From positions 3,712,001-3,776,000 of the forward strand of contig OZ243938.1 of the NCBI GenBank assembly GCA_965214095.1: DNA of 64,000 nt. The letters are read 5' to 3'. Positions 51,135 to 59,166 of this stretch are shown here, one piece after another. The notes under the pieces are model-generated. The model worked only from the letters and a program-made list of their open reading frames with translations. It ran no database searches and was not told where the DNA came from. Position 1 is the stretch's first letter. Each line of letters starts with the position of its first letter. The stretch comes from Candidatus Poribacteria bacterium. GTDB taxonomy: Bacteria; Poribacteria; WGA-4E; WGA-3G. A program made the translations under genes and the position numbers.

Positions 51135-53888
51135 ATGTTCACTAATCCCTATTCCATTTACATAGATAAACGCCCGATGAGGATCGTGTTCCTTGTGAGT
51201 CCTTCACAGGACAGCATTGAGATAGTCGATAAAATAATAAATTACAACAGGGGATTGTGGGGTGGTCGATACAACCCAATTATTCTAACTGATGGAAAAG
51301 CAATCGAAGATAATTGGTGGAAGTTTCTACGCGACCTTGACCCAGATGTTATCAAACCTTTAGTGCCTCTGAGCAATGAACTCATAGAAAAATTTGAAAA
51401 CTTCCTCTCTCCTTTGACAATTGAAGAGTTTCGAGAAGATGACAATTCAAGATTAGAAGTAGGTACCCGCATTTCTCCTGCACGTGTAAATCCTAAATCA
51501 ATAAATTCCCGTGAATCTTTGGTCTTGTTTAGAGAACCAATACTTGGGCTTTTTAATGTAGATGAGATGGACTCCGGCGTAGATAAACTTTTCATTGACC
51601 GCAATTTTGGAGTATCTGCAGACGGAAGACATCATTACGGTTGGGATGCATTTGATATTCCGATATCGCTTGAGACAGCATTGTCGCGCGGAGAAGTTCC
51701 TCAAGAGATACATGAAGGATTTATAAAAAAAGGACTTGAAGAAAAAGGTATACCTTTTTCTCAGGAAGTTTTCAGTAAAGAATCAGTGCAAGAACCTGGA
51801 AATTGGGCAATAATAGATAGGGAAAATAATGGTATACACTACATTGAACGTAGGGATGGAAGATTATGTGTTCTTCCTTATAGGAAAAGTAAGATTCTCA
51901 ACTCTGATGAAAATGAGATTGAGAAAAATATCTACTTAACGGTTGATCGGGAAAGTCTCGTTGATGCTTTATCAGAACTCGCTAAAACTAATAATATGAT
52001 ATACCGTGATCAAATTTGTGCTTTTCCGAATACAGAACGAGATGTTGAAAAACAAGAACAAGATCGTTTTCAAGTTATTGTAGGTGATACTATAGAAGAT
52101 CTTGTCTATTTTTGGAACAGACCTTGGTTGATAAGTCGATGGAAACGGCAGTATATGCATCAGTTATGGCTTCCCACTGCCTTAGCTACTGATCCAGATA
52201 TGGAAGATGCGCTCTGTGCTTGGATAAACAAGAATTCTTGGATTGAGCGTGAAAATTCCAAAGCAATCCAGTTTGTTAGCTTCAGCACTGAAGAAGAGGA
52301 TCTTAAGAATATAGCAAGTAGGTTCCGGAATAAACTAAGGTTTTCTACTAACGTAAAATGTTACGATGAACCACAAACACCTAATTTTCGTTCTGAAGAT
52401 CCATTATTCTCCTTGCGTCAAAATCCATTTACCGATAGAGATAGTAATATTGAACTTCATAGGGGACAAGGTAATACAAACATACTTGAATTAACCGAAC
52501 CTAATGGAATTGCCCAACGCGATCTGGACGGACATTGGATGGCAGATTTTTATATTGAGTTTACAAGTGATATGTACAATAATCATGATGCACCAATAAT
52601 AAGAATAAGAAACCAATTTTCCTTTTGGCAGTTTCCAAACCGCAACCATTTGACGCGCAACATGTTTGATAGATTTTGCAGAATCCGACAGAACGGTTTC
52701 CCAACCGCCCTGATGAAACGAGGAGAAAAAGTATTAAGGTTCACGCTTGAAAATCCTGAGGTTGTAGTAGCTTCACTATTTTATGGTAATAATCGTTTTG
52801 AGTATGTTGATAGCGATCCACGGACTCAGGTTGCGATTGCCCCATACTATTACTCAAAAATATCAGATAAAGGAAAATATCTTCAAGGTGTACTCGAACT
52901 GTTTGGTAATCTGACCTATGCTTACGAAATATTCAGGAACCCGTATTGGCGGGCAATGTTTGATCTCTTGTGCAAAAACACTCGCGCAGAACAGAATGCG
53001 AAAAAGTTAGTCGAGGACAAATTGAGAAAACTAATCAATAGGTCGGAACCGTTGACATCTTCTAACCAAAATGCTATTGAGGCACTTGCCACACAAGCTG
53101 TAGACATCGCAAAAAAACTAAAATTAAAACAGAAAGAAGTTCCTTTCAAAGCATTTGAAGTAGAAGCAGAGATAAGGCGAGATACCTTTATTGAAGGCGT
53201 AAAATCAACAGGTAACTACTCCGAAAGGGACCTAATGGGTTTTGGTTTTAGACCCGAAGATGTGAAAGATGCTCTTTCACAATTAACAGAGAGGAATATT
53301 ATCCAGATTGGTGTAAACCCACGATGCCCTAATTGCGGTATAACAACATGGTTTCATGTAGACGACATCGGACAACAATTAACATGTCAAGGATGTAGGA
53401 GACCATTTCCTCTTCATCCACAACTTACTTGGCAATATAGATTGAATAATCTCGCCCATGCTGCTCATGCCCAACATGGAACTACGCCTCTAATTTTAGT
53501 TTTGGGACAATTGTTCAATGAAAGCAGATGTTCTTTTCTCTATTCTCCTAATTTAAATTTATGTGCTGAACAGCAGGACAACTCGTCTGTAGACTTAGAC
53601 TTAGATTCAATTGCAGAAGTCGATATCGCATGCATTCAGGATAGTAAATTCATTATTGGTGAAGTCAAGCAGTCAATGAGTCTTTTCAGTAAAAAGGATT
53701 TTGATGATATGGCAGAGATTGCCAAGAGAGTAAAACCAGATAAGGTTTTATTTTCATGTATAGATAAACAACAACCAACTCAAAACATAACTAACCACAT
53801 TGAAAGAATCAAAAAGGAACTATGTCCACTTGAAATTGATGTTATATGGTACGAATTGGAATCTTTGGATTATTCATATAGTGTGTAG
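51135..53888 (+). CDS. Large hypothetical protein with C-terminal Zn ribbon and PD-(D/E)xK-like nuclease motif
   Basis: CPNC..CQGC; EVDIACIQDSKFIIGEVK; 917 aa inside the defence island. Confidence 0.7.
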   Translation: MFTNPYSIYIDKRPMRIVFLVSPSQDSIEIVDKIINYNRGLWGGRYNPIILTDGKAIEDNWWKFLRDLDPDVIKPLVPLSNELIEKFENFLSPLTIEEFREDDNSRLEVGTRISPARVNPKSINSRESLVLFREPILGLFNVDEMDSGVDKLFIDRNFGVSADGRHHYGWDAFDIPISLETALSRGEVPQEIHEGFIKKGLEEKGIPFSQEVFSKESVQEPGNWAIIDRENNGIHYIERRDGRLCVLPYRKSKILNSDENEIEKNIYLTVDRESLVDALSELAKTNNMIYRDQICAFPNTERDVEKQEQDRFQVIVGDTIEDLVYFWNRPWLISRWKRQYMHQLWLPTALATDPDMEDALCAWINKNSWIERENSKAIQFVSFSTEEEDLKNIASRFRNKLRFSTNVKCYDEPQTPNFRSEDPLFSLRQNPFTDRDSNIELHRGQGNTNILELTEPNGIAQRDLDGHWMADFYIEFTSDMYNNHDAPIIRIRNQFSFWQFPNRNHLTRNMFDRFCRIRQNGFPTALMKRGEKVLRFTLENPEVVVASLFYGNNRFEYVDSDPRTQVAIAPYYYSKISDKGKYLQGVLELFGNLTYAYEIFRNPYWRAMFDLLCKNTRAEQNAKKLVEDKLRKLINRSEPLTSSNQNAIEALATQAVDIAKKLKLKQKEVPFKAFEVEAEIRRDTFIEGVKSTGNYSERDLMGFGFRPEDVKDALSQLTERNIIQIGVNPRCPNCGITTWFHVDDIGQQLTCQGCRRPFPLHPQLTWQYRLNNLAHAAHAQHGTTPLILVLGQLFNESRCSFLYSPNLNLCAEQQDNSSVDLDLDSIAEVDIACIQDSKFIIGEVKQSMSLFSKKDFDDMAEIAKRVKPDKVLFSCIDKQQPTQNITNHIERIKKELCPLEIDVIWYELESLDYSYSV

Positions 53889-53904
53889 TGTGAAATAGAT
53901 TTAT

Positions 53905-54050
53905 AGCGATGATACTAAATTAATGCGGACAAGTCAAGAAGGCACTTTGTCTCTGAACCTGAACGAAATGCAGACAATTCAGTCCCATTTGCAACGCTAC
54001 AATGCAATCCAACTGATGTAGAGTTTGAGACTTTTCCGCGCGGTTTGGTT
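53905..54050 (+). pseudogene. purL: Degenerate internal fragment of purL (FGAM synthase)
   Basis: With one frameshift it reads SDDTKLMRTSQEGTLSLNLNEMQTIQSH-ATLQCNPTDVEFETF, resembling the PurL LxLxxxEM..I..RNPTDVELE motif. Confidence 0.6.
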
Positions 54051-54054
54051 TAGG

Positions 54055-54135
54055 GCAATTAAATGTATTGTTTATGTGAGTGTGGAATCTGCTTGCATTA
54101 TTGATAATCTGCCCGCTGAAATAACTGCGGAATAA
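54055..54135 (+). repeat. Diverged copy of the Type ISP gene 3' end
   Basis: Reads AIKCIVYVSVESACIIDNLPAEITAE*, 17/26 aa identical to the Type ISP C-terminus. Confidence 0.9.
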
Positions 54136-54203
54136 GGTTCCCCTGTACTTTTTGAATTGGAATTGAAGAAACTGTTATAGAATAAAATGAACACAGAAAT
54201 TAT

Positions 54204-54252
54204 AAGATGGTTGGACACTCAGTTGCAACAAATTCCAAGACCATCTTTTTTC
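54204..54252 (+). terminator. Terminator/attenuator-like hairpin just upstream of the AlbA_2 gene
   Basis: AAGATGGT-TGGA...TCCA-AG-ACCATCTT followed by a T run. Confidence 0.45.
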
Positions 54253-54265
54253 TAAAGGTAGATCA

Positions 54266-55480
54266 ATGTATACTAACCGAACCGAACTCATAGAAAAAAT
54301 ATTTCTTGGTGAAGACACAACAATTGAATTCAAAAGAGAGATGCCTCACAGAAACAGTTTGGCAGACGAGATTGCTGCTTTTGCAAACGCCCAAGGCGGC
54401 GTAATACTTATCGGCGTTGACGACTATAGGGAAATTGTTGGCCTTGAACTGCCGGAGCTGGATAGGATAGAAAAAACGGTTGTTGAAATATGCAATGACT
54501 GGATTGAACCTACCGTTCCCATCTTCACAGAAAAATTAAGGTTTGATGGTAAAAACCTACTAAAAATTGATGTGTCGCGTAGTCTTTTTGTTCATAAAAC
54601 GTCTAACGGTTATTTCACCCGTAAAGAAAGATGCAAGAAAGAGATGTCAACACAACAGTTAGCCCGACTGTTTCAAACCCGTTCACAGCCGCGCAAAATT
54701 CACTTTGACACACTACCTGTCCCAAACACACATAGAAGAACATTAAGGGAATCGTTATATCGACGATGCATCACAGAAAACGTCTCTGAAGATGAGATAG
54801 AAGACCTACTCTTGAAAAGAAGTTTACTTGTTAAAGAAGGACAGACGACCCGTGCTACTGTTGCTGGCGTTTTAATGTGTCACGATACACCTGATGATTT
54901 TCTCTATAACAGTTTTATTCAAGCCGTTTATTATAGCGGCAAAGTAAAAGATGCGAACTACCAAATTGATGCAAAAGATTTTAGAGGACCACTTGACCAA
55001 CAGATTATAGATGCCTTTAAGTTTGTCCAAAAACACAATGAGGTATCAGCGCGTAAGGACATTGGTAGGATAGACCGACCTCAATACAGCATGCGCGCCG
55101 TTTTCGAGGCAATCGTTAACGCAGTTGTACATAGAGATTATTCTAAAGACGAGTCAAGAATTCGTCTTTTCATGTTTGCTGATCGACTGGAACTATATTC
55201 TCCCGGTGCATTAGCAAATACTGTAACAATTGAAAAATTACCCTATAACCAAGCTACCCGTAATGAACTCTTAGCACGTTTACTTTCGGAAATTAATTTA
55301 GATGATGATGTTGGAGGAGAAGTGAAGCGGAGACACTTTTTAGAGGGACGTGGTGAAGGTGTAGGTATCATCCTGAACGAAAGTGAACAATTGAGTGGAA
55401 AAATACCTGTCTATGAACTATTTAACGAAGAATTGTGCTTAACAATTTTCGCCGCAAAATCCCTTCAAGAAACAGTATAA
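54266..55480 (+). CDS. Schlafen/AlbA_2 domain plus HATPase_c_4 (RecG-C-like) protein
   Basis: GEDTTIEFK, IAAFANAQGGVILIGVDD, EAIVNAVVHRDY, DRLELYSPG and EGRGEG motifs. Confidence 0.85.
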   Translation: MYTNRTELIEKIFLGEDTTIEFKREMPHRNSLADEIAAFANAQGGVILIGVDDYREIVGLELPELDRIEKTVVEICNDWIEPTVPIFTEKLRFDGKNLLKIDVSRSLFVHKTSNGYFTRKERCKKEMSTQQLARLFQTRSQPRKIHFDTLPVPNTHRRTLRESLYRRCITENVSEDEIEDLLLKRSLLVKEGQTTRATVAGVLMCHDTPDDFLYNSFIQAVYYSGKVKDANYQIDAKDFRGPLDQQIIDAFKFVQKHNEVSARKDIGRIDRPQYSMRAVFEAIVNAVVHRDYSKDESRIRLFMFADRLELYSPGALANTVTIEKLPYNQATRNELLARLLSEINLDDDVGGEVKRRHFLEGRGEGVGIILNESEQLSGKIPVYELFNEELCLTIFAAKSLQETV

Positions 55481-55596
55481 ACGATTGGTTTTCAGATCCA
55501 TACGATATTATTGAAGCAATCAAGCGGATTGTTTATGTGAGTGTAGAATCTACGCGAATTATTGATGGGCTGCCTAATGAGATAACTACTGACTAA
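55480..55596 (+). repeat. Second diverged copy of the Type ISP gene 3' end
   Basis: Reads NDWFSDPYDIIEAIKRIVYVSVESTRIIDGLPNEITTD*, 26/38 aa identical to 50395-50511. Confidence 0.92.
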
Positions 55597-55635
55597 TGTA
55601 ATCACCACGCACTATCGTCAAATCTTTTATAAGAA

Positions 55636-55730
55636 TGTACTGCCAGCGGATACTCTTTTCAGTTAGAGTGTTATTATACCGTAATCTGGGTTTAGACTGT
55701 GGACACAATTTCCGATGGCAGTACAGTTTT
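55636..55730. other. Multi-branched stem-loop between convergent units
   Basis: TGTACTGCCA-G-CGGA...TCCG-A-TGGCAGTACA closing stem with an internal ACTCT/AGAGT hairpin. Confidence 0.55.
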
Positions 55731-55782
55731 TCTGATATGTATTGCATTGCTATAGAACAAAGATGAGGAAATTCAGTAGATT

Positions 55783-56757
55783 TTATTCAAGAGAATCCTC
55801 AAGCTCCATTAACATCTTTGGAACTTGTAGCATCATTTTATATTGCTTCTGAAGTGAATTCTGATGAGATGAAATCCAAGAAAGGGCATTAGCAACATCA
55901 TAGATATTTTCTGCAGGTTGTGCTCCAGGCACATTACCTTCCAAAGAAATTCTAATCATATAACAATCTTTTTTTTCTTCAGTTTTTTTGTCTTTGAATC
56001 TTGTGATCTTTGCATCTTGTCCTGTTTCCAGAATACTATATACTCTTTCAGCATTCCTGCGTCCCCACTTATCAGAGACTATAGTGTCAATCCAGTTCTG
56101 TAGTATTTCTGCATCTGTATCAGCATTTAGTTCTTTCTGTTTCCATTTTGTATATACTTCTTTTTCTCGTTGAATTTTTGAGATGTTTTCATTTAGATAT
56201 TCAATCAGTAATCCAGGATTTAAAGACCTTGTATGTCGTTTACTAAATCTACTTTCTGTGTCTAAACACATAAGCCCGTTCAAACAAACAAGTCTGTACC
56301 AAGATAACTCAAAAGCTAATTGAGCATTTCCATCTACAGAGTTCCTAACATGCAACTGAGGTATGAGTATATGGCCATCTCCTGGATCAAATATATATCC
56401 TTTCAAGAATTGTATTTTCAACCACATACGCTCGCCGTATTCTGTTAAATACAAGTTGCATTCGGTTTCATCTATGTTATATCCCAGATTTTCAAATGCT
56501 TTAGTAATAATTTCAAGTATCTCAGAATGTTGAACAAGAGAATATGATTTAGATACTGTTGCGACAGGTATGCCACCATGTGAAGTATTTACGATTACAT
56601 CAAAATGTTTATTCTCCAATCCGCCTACTTCAAAAGGCTGCTTCCTAAAAACAGATATATAATCTGCAATTTCTACAAGATTTCCTTTATGTTCATTAAC
56701 TAATCTACTGTCCCATTCTAAATTATTTAGGTGGTATGTATTCTCTAAGGTGTTCAT
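55783..56757 (-). CDS. DUF932/DUF945 family protein
   Basis: VSKSYSLVQH, NSVDG, YRLVCLNGL and N.YDVANAL motifs. Confidence 0.8.
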   Translation of the reverse strand: MNTLENTYHLNNLEWDSRLVNEHKGNLVEIADYISVFRKQPFEVGGLENKHFDVIVNTSHGGIPVATVSKSYSLVQHSEILEIITKAFENLGYNIDETECNLYLTEYGERMWLKIQFLKGYIFDPGDGHILIPQLHVRNSVDGNAQLAFELSWYRLVCLNGLMCLDTESRFSKRHTRSLNPGLLIEYLNENISKIQREKEVYTKWKQKELNADTDAEILQNWIDTIVSDKWGRRNAERVYSILETGQDAKITRFKDKKTEEKKDCYMIRISLEGNVPGAQPAENIYDVANALSWISSHQNSLQKQYKMMLQVPKMLMELEDSLE

Positions 56758-57037
56758 GGTAATTTCCGTGTTCTAATTTATTAGCTTTTCTAGCTGAGAT
56801 TATGCGAATTACATTTCCCCGTTCAGTATGAATAACAACCAGCAATCTGTTTTTAACAGAATATCCAGTAGTTTTATATCTTTCTTCATCTTGTGAGTGT
56901 AGATCATCGTTCTCTGTTAATGATAGAGAAGATGAGAATACTGTCATTGCTTCATGAAAAGTTACTTTATGTTTTTTTACATTGTTTGTTTGCTTGTTCT
57001 CGTCCCACTCAAATTTAAGGTTATCATTGAATTCCAC
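56723..57037 (-). CDS. brnT: BrnT family ribonuclease toxin
   Basis: FEWDENK..NVKKHKVTF.EA, EER...G, LVVIHTER and IRIISARKA motifs. Confidence 0.9.
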   Translation of the reverse strand: MEFNDNLKFEWDENKQTNNVKKHKVTFHEAMTVFSSSLSLTENDDLHSQDEERYKTTGYSVKNRLLVVIHTERGNVIRIISARKANKLEHGNYHEHLREYIPPK

Positions 57038-57107
57038 GTACCCATCTCTGCCCCGCAGGAAATTGCTTTATGCAATCTCTAATAATCTATTTTGTGATGT
57101 GAAATCT

Positions 57108-57136
57108 ATGATAACATATTTCTTAGAGCTTGTCAA
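57108..57136 (-). promoter_or_regulatory. Sigma70 promoter of brnT-DUF932
   Basis: TTGACA-N17-TATCAT with a TG extension on the minus strand. Confidence 0.65.
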
Positions 57137-57197
57137 GAAATTGCTTTAACTGGGGTGTGTGAAGTTTTTGGCACAGAGATACACGCTTCTGTTTTCT

Positions 57198-57495
57198 TTA
57201 GTCCCGTAGGGACAGAATGTTTGTAGAAACCGAGTAGCATTCAACTCTTTAGTCCCGTATGAAGATTAAGAAATAAATTGGGTAATTTCCTTGAGAAGTC
57301 CGGTGCGGTTAGGAAACCGCACTATAGGCATCAATTTAGTGTTAATTATGCATTTTCCCCAAGACGGTAGGTTCGGTTTCCTAACCGAACCGGATCCTAC
57401 GGTAGAACCTCTATGAAGGTATTTGGCACAAAGCCGGTGCGGTTAGGAAACCGAACCTACCGGCACTTGGAAGGACGCTAAATTGACACCTATGG
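57198..57495. repeat. Cluster of nested REP/MITE-like elements
   Basis: AGTCCCGTAGGGAC unit; three CGGTGCGGTTAGGAAACCG-type hairpins; TIRs ATAGGCATCAATTTAG / CTAAATTGACACCTAT. Confidence 0.8.
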
Positions 57496-57580
57496 TGAAA
57501 AACTTTACATACCCTTGTATTTTCATCATTCATCTGGTAAAATAGATATAGAAATAAACTACGAAGAAACACAACAAAAC

Positions 57581-57940
57581 ATGGACAATATCATCATAAA
57601 AGGTATAAGATTTCACGGACATCACGGTGTTCCTGAAGCAGAACGTCAAGTCGGTGGACACTATGAAGTTGATGCCACGTTGAGTTGTCCGCTGATAGAT
57701 GCAGGCAAGTCCGACACACTTGAAGACACAATTGATTATGCAAGTGTTGTTGATCTAATCATTGATATTGGCACACAAAGATCTTTTCAGCTGATAGAAG
57801 CATTAGCAGAGACAATAGCAACAGAGATCTTACAGCAGTATCCAATAGATTCTGTCCACCTTAAAGTCAAGAAACTCAAACCTCCAATAGAGCAACCCAT
57901 CACCTACTTTGCAGTTGAAATCTGTCGTCCAAAGGAGTGA
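57581..57940 (+). CDS. folB: Dihydroneopterin aldolase
   Basis: FHGHHGV..AER, DTIDYA, LIEALAE and K.KPPI motifs; start set at MDNIIIK. Confidence 0.92.
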   Translation: MDNIIIKGIRFHGHHGVPEAERQVGGHYEVDATLSCPLIDAGKSDTLEDTIDYASVVDLIIDIGTQRSFQLIEALAETIATEILQQYPIDSVHLKVKKLKPPIEQPITYFAVEICRPKE

Positions 57941-59145
57941 ACATGCGTTTTTGTAGAAGAATATGCATCGTTATTTTTTTGCTATGTCTAACAAATACTA
58001 TTACTTACGCAGGTGGCAAAAAAACACAACTCTTTGTTGACCTGTCAACAGGTCTCAACATCTACCGTTACGACTGGGATAAGGAAACTTGCATCCTATA
58101 TGTTGCTGAGATTTCTCGGAAAGAACCAACCCTACATTTTGAGGTCGGACTCGCAAATTCACAAGTTCTTGGCAAAGAGACTGTCCGATCTATTGCCCAA
58201 CGTCATACACAAAAGAATGACCGCCGCGTTGTCGTCGCTGTAAACGGAGGCTTCGGTGTTCTCGGTGATATGCGAGGTTACGGTGGTGTATTAGAAAGTC
58301 TACATATACAAGATGGTGAACTGATCACTCAACCAACGGACACTGATGCCTGCTTCGGAGTCACTGATACCGGTGATTTCCTCAGCACTCCCGTGCAAAT
58401 GAAAGCAACTATACAAATAGGTTCACATACATTAGATATCGGATGTATCAATCAGCGAAGACTTGATGGATGTAAGGTAATACTCTATACGCCACGTCTT
58501 GGGGACTCTACTCACACCAACCGCCGCAGAGGAAAGGAAATAATACTTAGTGGACTCACACTACCATTGACACCAAACTACACGCAATCATACAATGTTC
58601 AGGCAGTTTCCACCGCCGGTAACACTGCAATCCCTAAAGACAGTGCCGTTCTCTGGATAAGTTCACAGGTTAAAGACACAGCAATTTCTCAGTTCAAAGC
58701 GGGAGCAAAGGGGAAAATCAATGTCTCACTCACACCGCCTGAATGGAATAAGGTAAAACACGCACTCGGTGGAAGATTACGATTGCTCAAGAATGGAAAG
58801 ATAAACCAGATGCTTGTTGATATGCACAATAAAGAGAAAAAGCATGTCCCCGGTAAACGTAATCAAGTGCTCAATCTGAGTCATGAACCCAGAACAGCAC
58901 TCGCTTATAATGCCGATACACTTTTTTTGGTTGTCGCTGATGGCAGGCAACCAAAATATAGTATGGGATTAACTCTCTACGAACTTGCTGACATTCTTAT
59001 TGAACTGGGAGCAACTGAAGCGATCAATCTTGATGGGGGTTCTTCAAGCACTTTTGTTGTCAATGATGAAGTTATCAACAAACCTTCAGGAAATAGAGAA
59101 CGGGAAGTTCTTAATGCAGTGTTAATTACAAAGGATGTAGAATAA
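57937..59145 (+). CDS. Phosphodiester glycosidase (NAGPA-like) exported protein
   Basis: AVNGGF, EPRTA, VADGRQ and AINLDGGSS motifs. Confidence 0.85.
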   Translation: MNMRFCRRICIVIFLLCLTNTITYAGGKKTQLFVDLSTGLNIYRYDWDKETCILYVAEISRKEPTLHFEVGLANSQVLGKETVRSIAQRHTQKNDRRVVVAVNGGFGVLGDMRGYGGVLESLHIQDGELITQPTDTDACFGVTDTGDFLSTPVQMKATIQIGSHTLDIGCINQRRLDGCKVILYTPRLGDSTHTNRRRGKEIILSGLTLPLTPNYTQSYNVQAVSTAGNTAIPKDSAVLWISSQVKDTAISQFKAGAKGKINVSLTPPEWNKVKHALGGRLRLLKNGKINQMLVDMHNKEKKHVPGKRNQVLNLSHEPRTALAYNADTLFLVVADGRQPKYSMGLTLYELADILIELGATEAINLDGGSSSTFVVNDEVINKPSGNREREVLNAVLITKDVE

Positions 59146-59166
59146 TTCTAATTTTGGAGGCACACC

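Noticed and set aside
55636-55725. tRNA gene as island integration site
   Set aside because: No T-loop (TTCRA), D-loop or CCA consensus on either strand.
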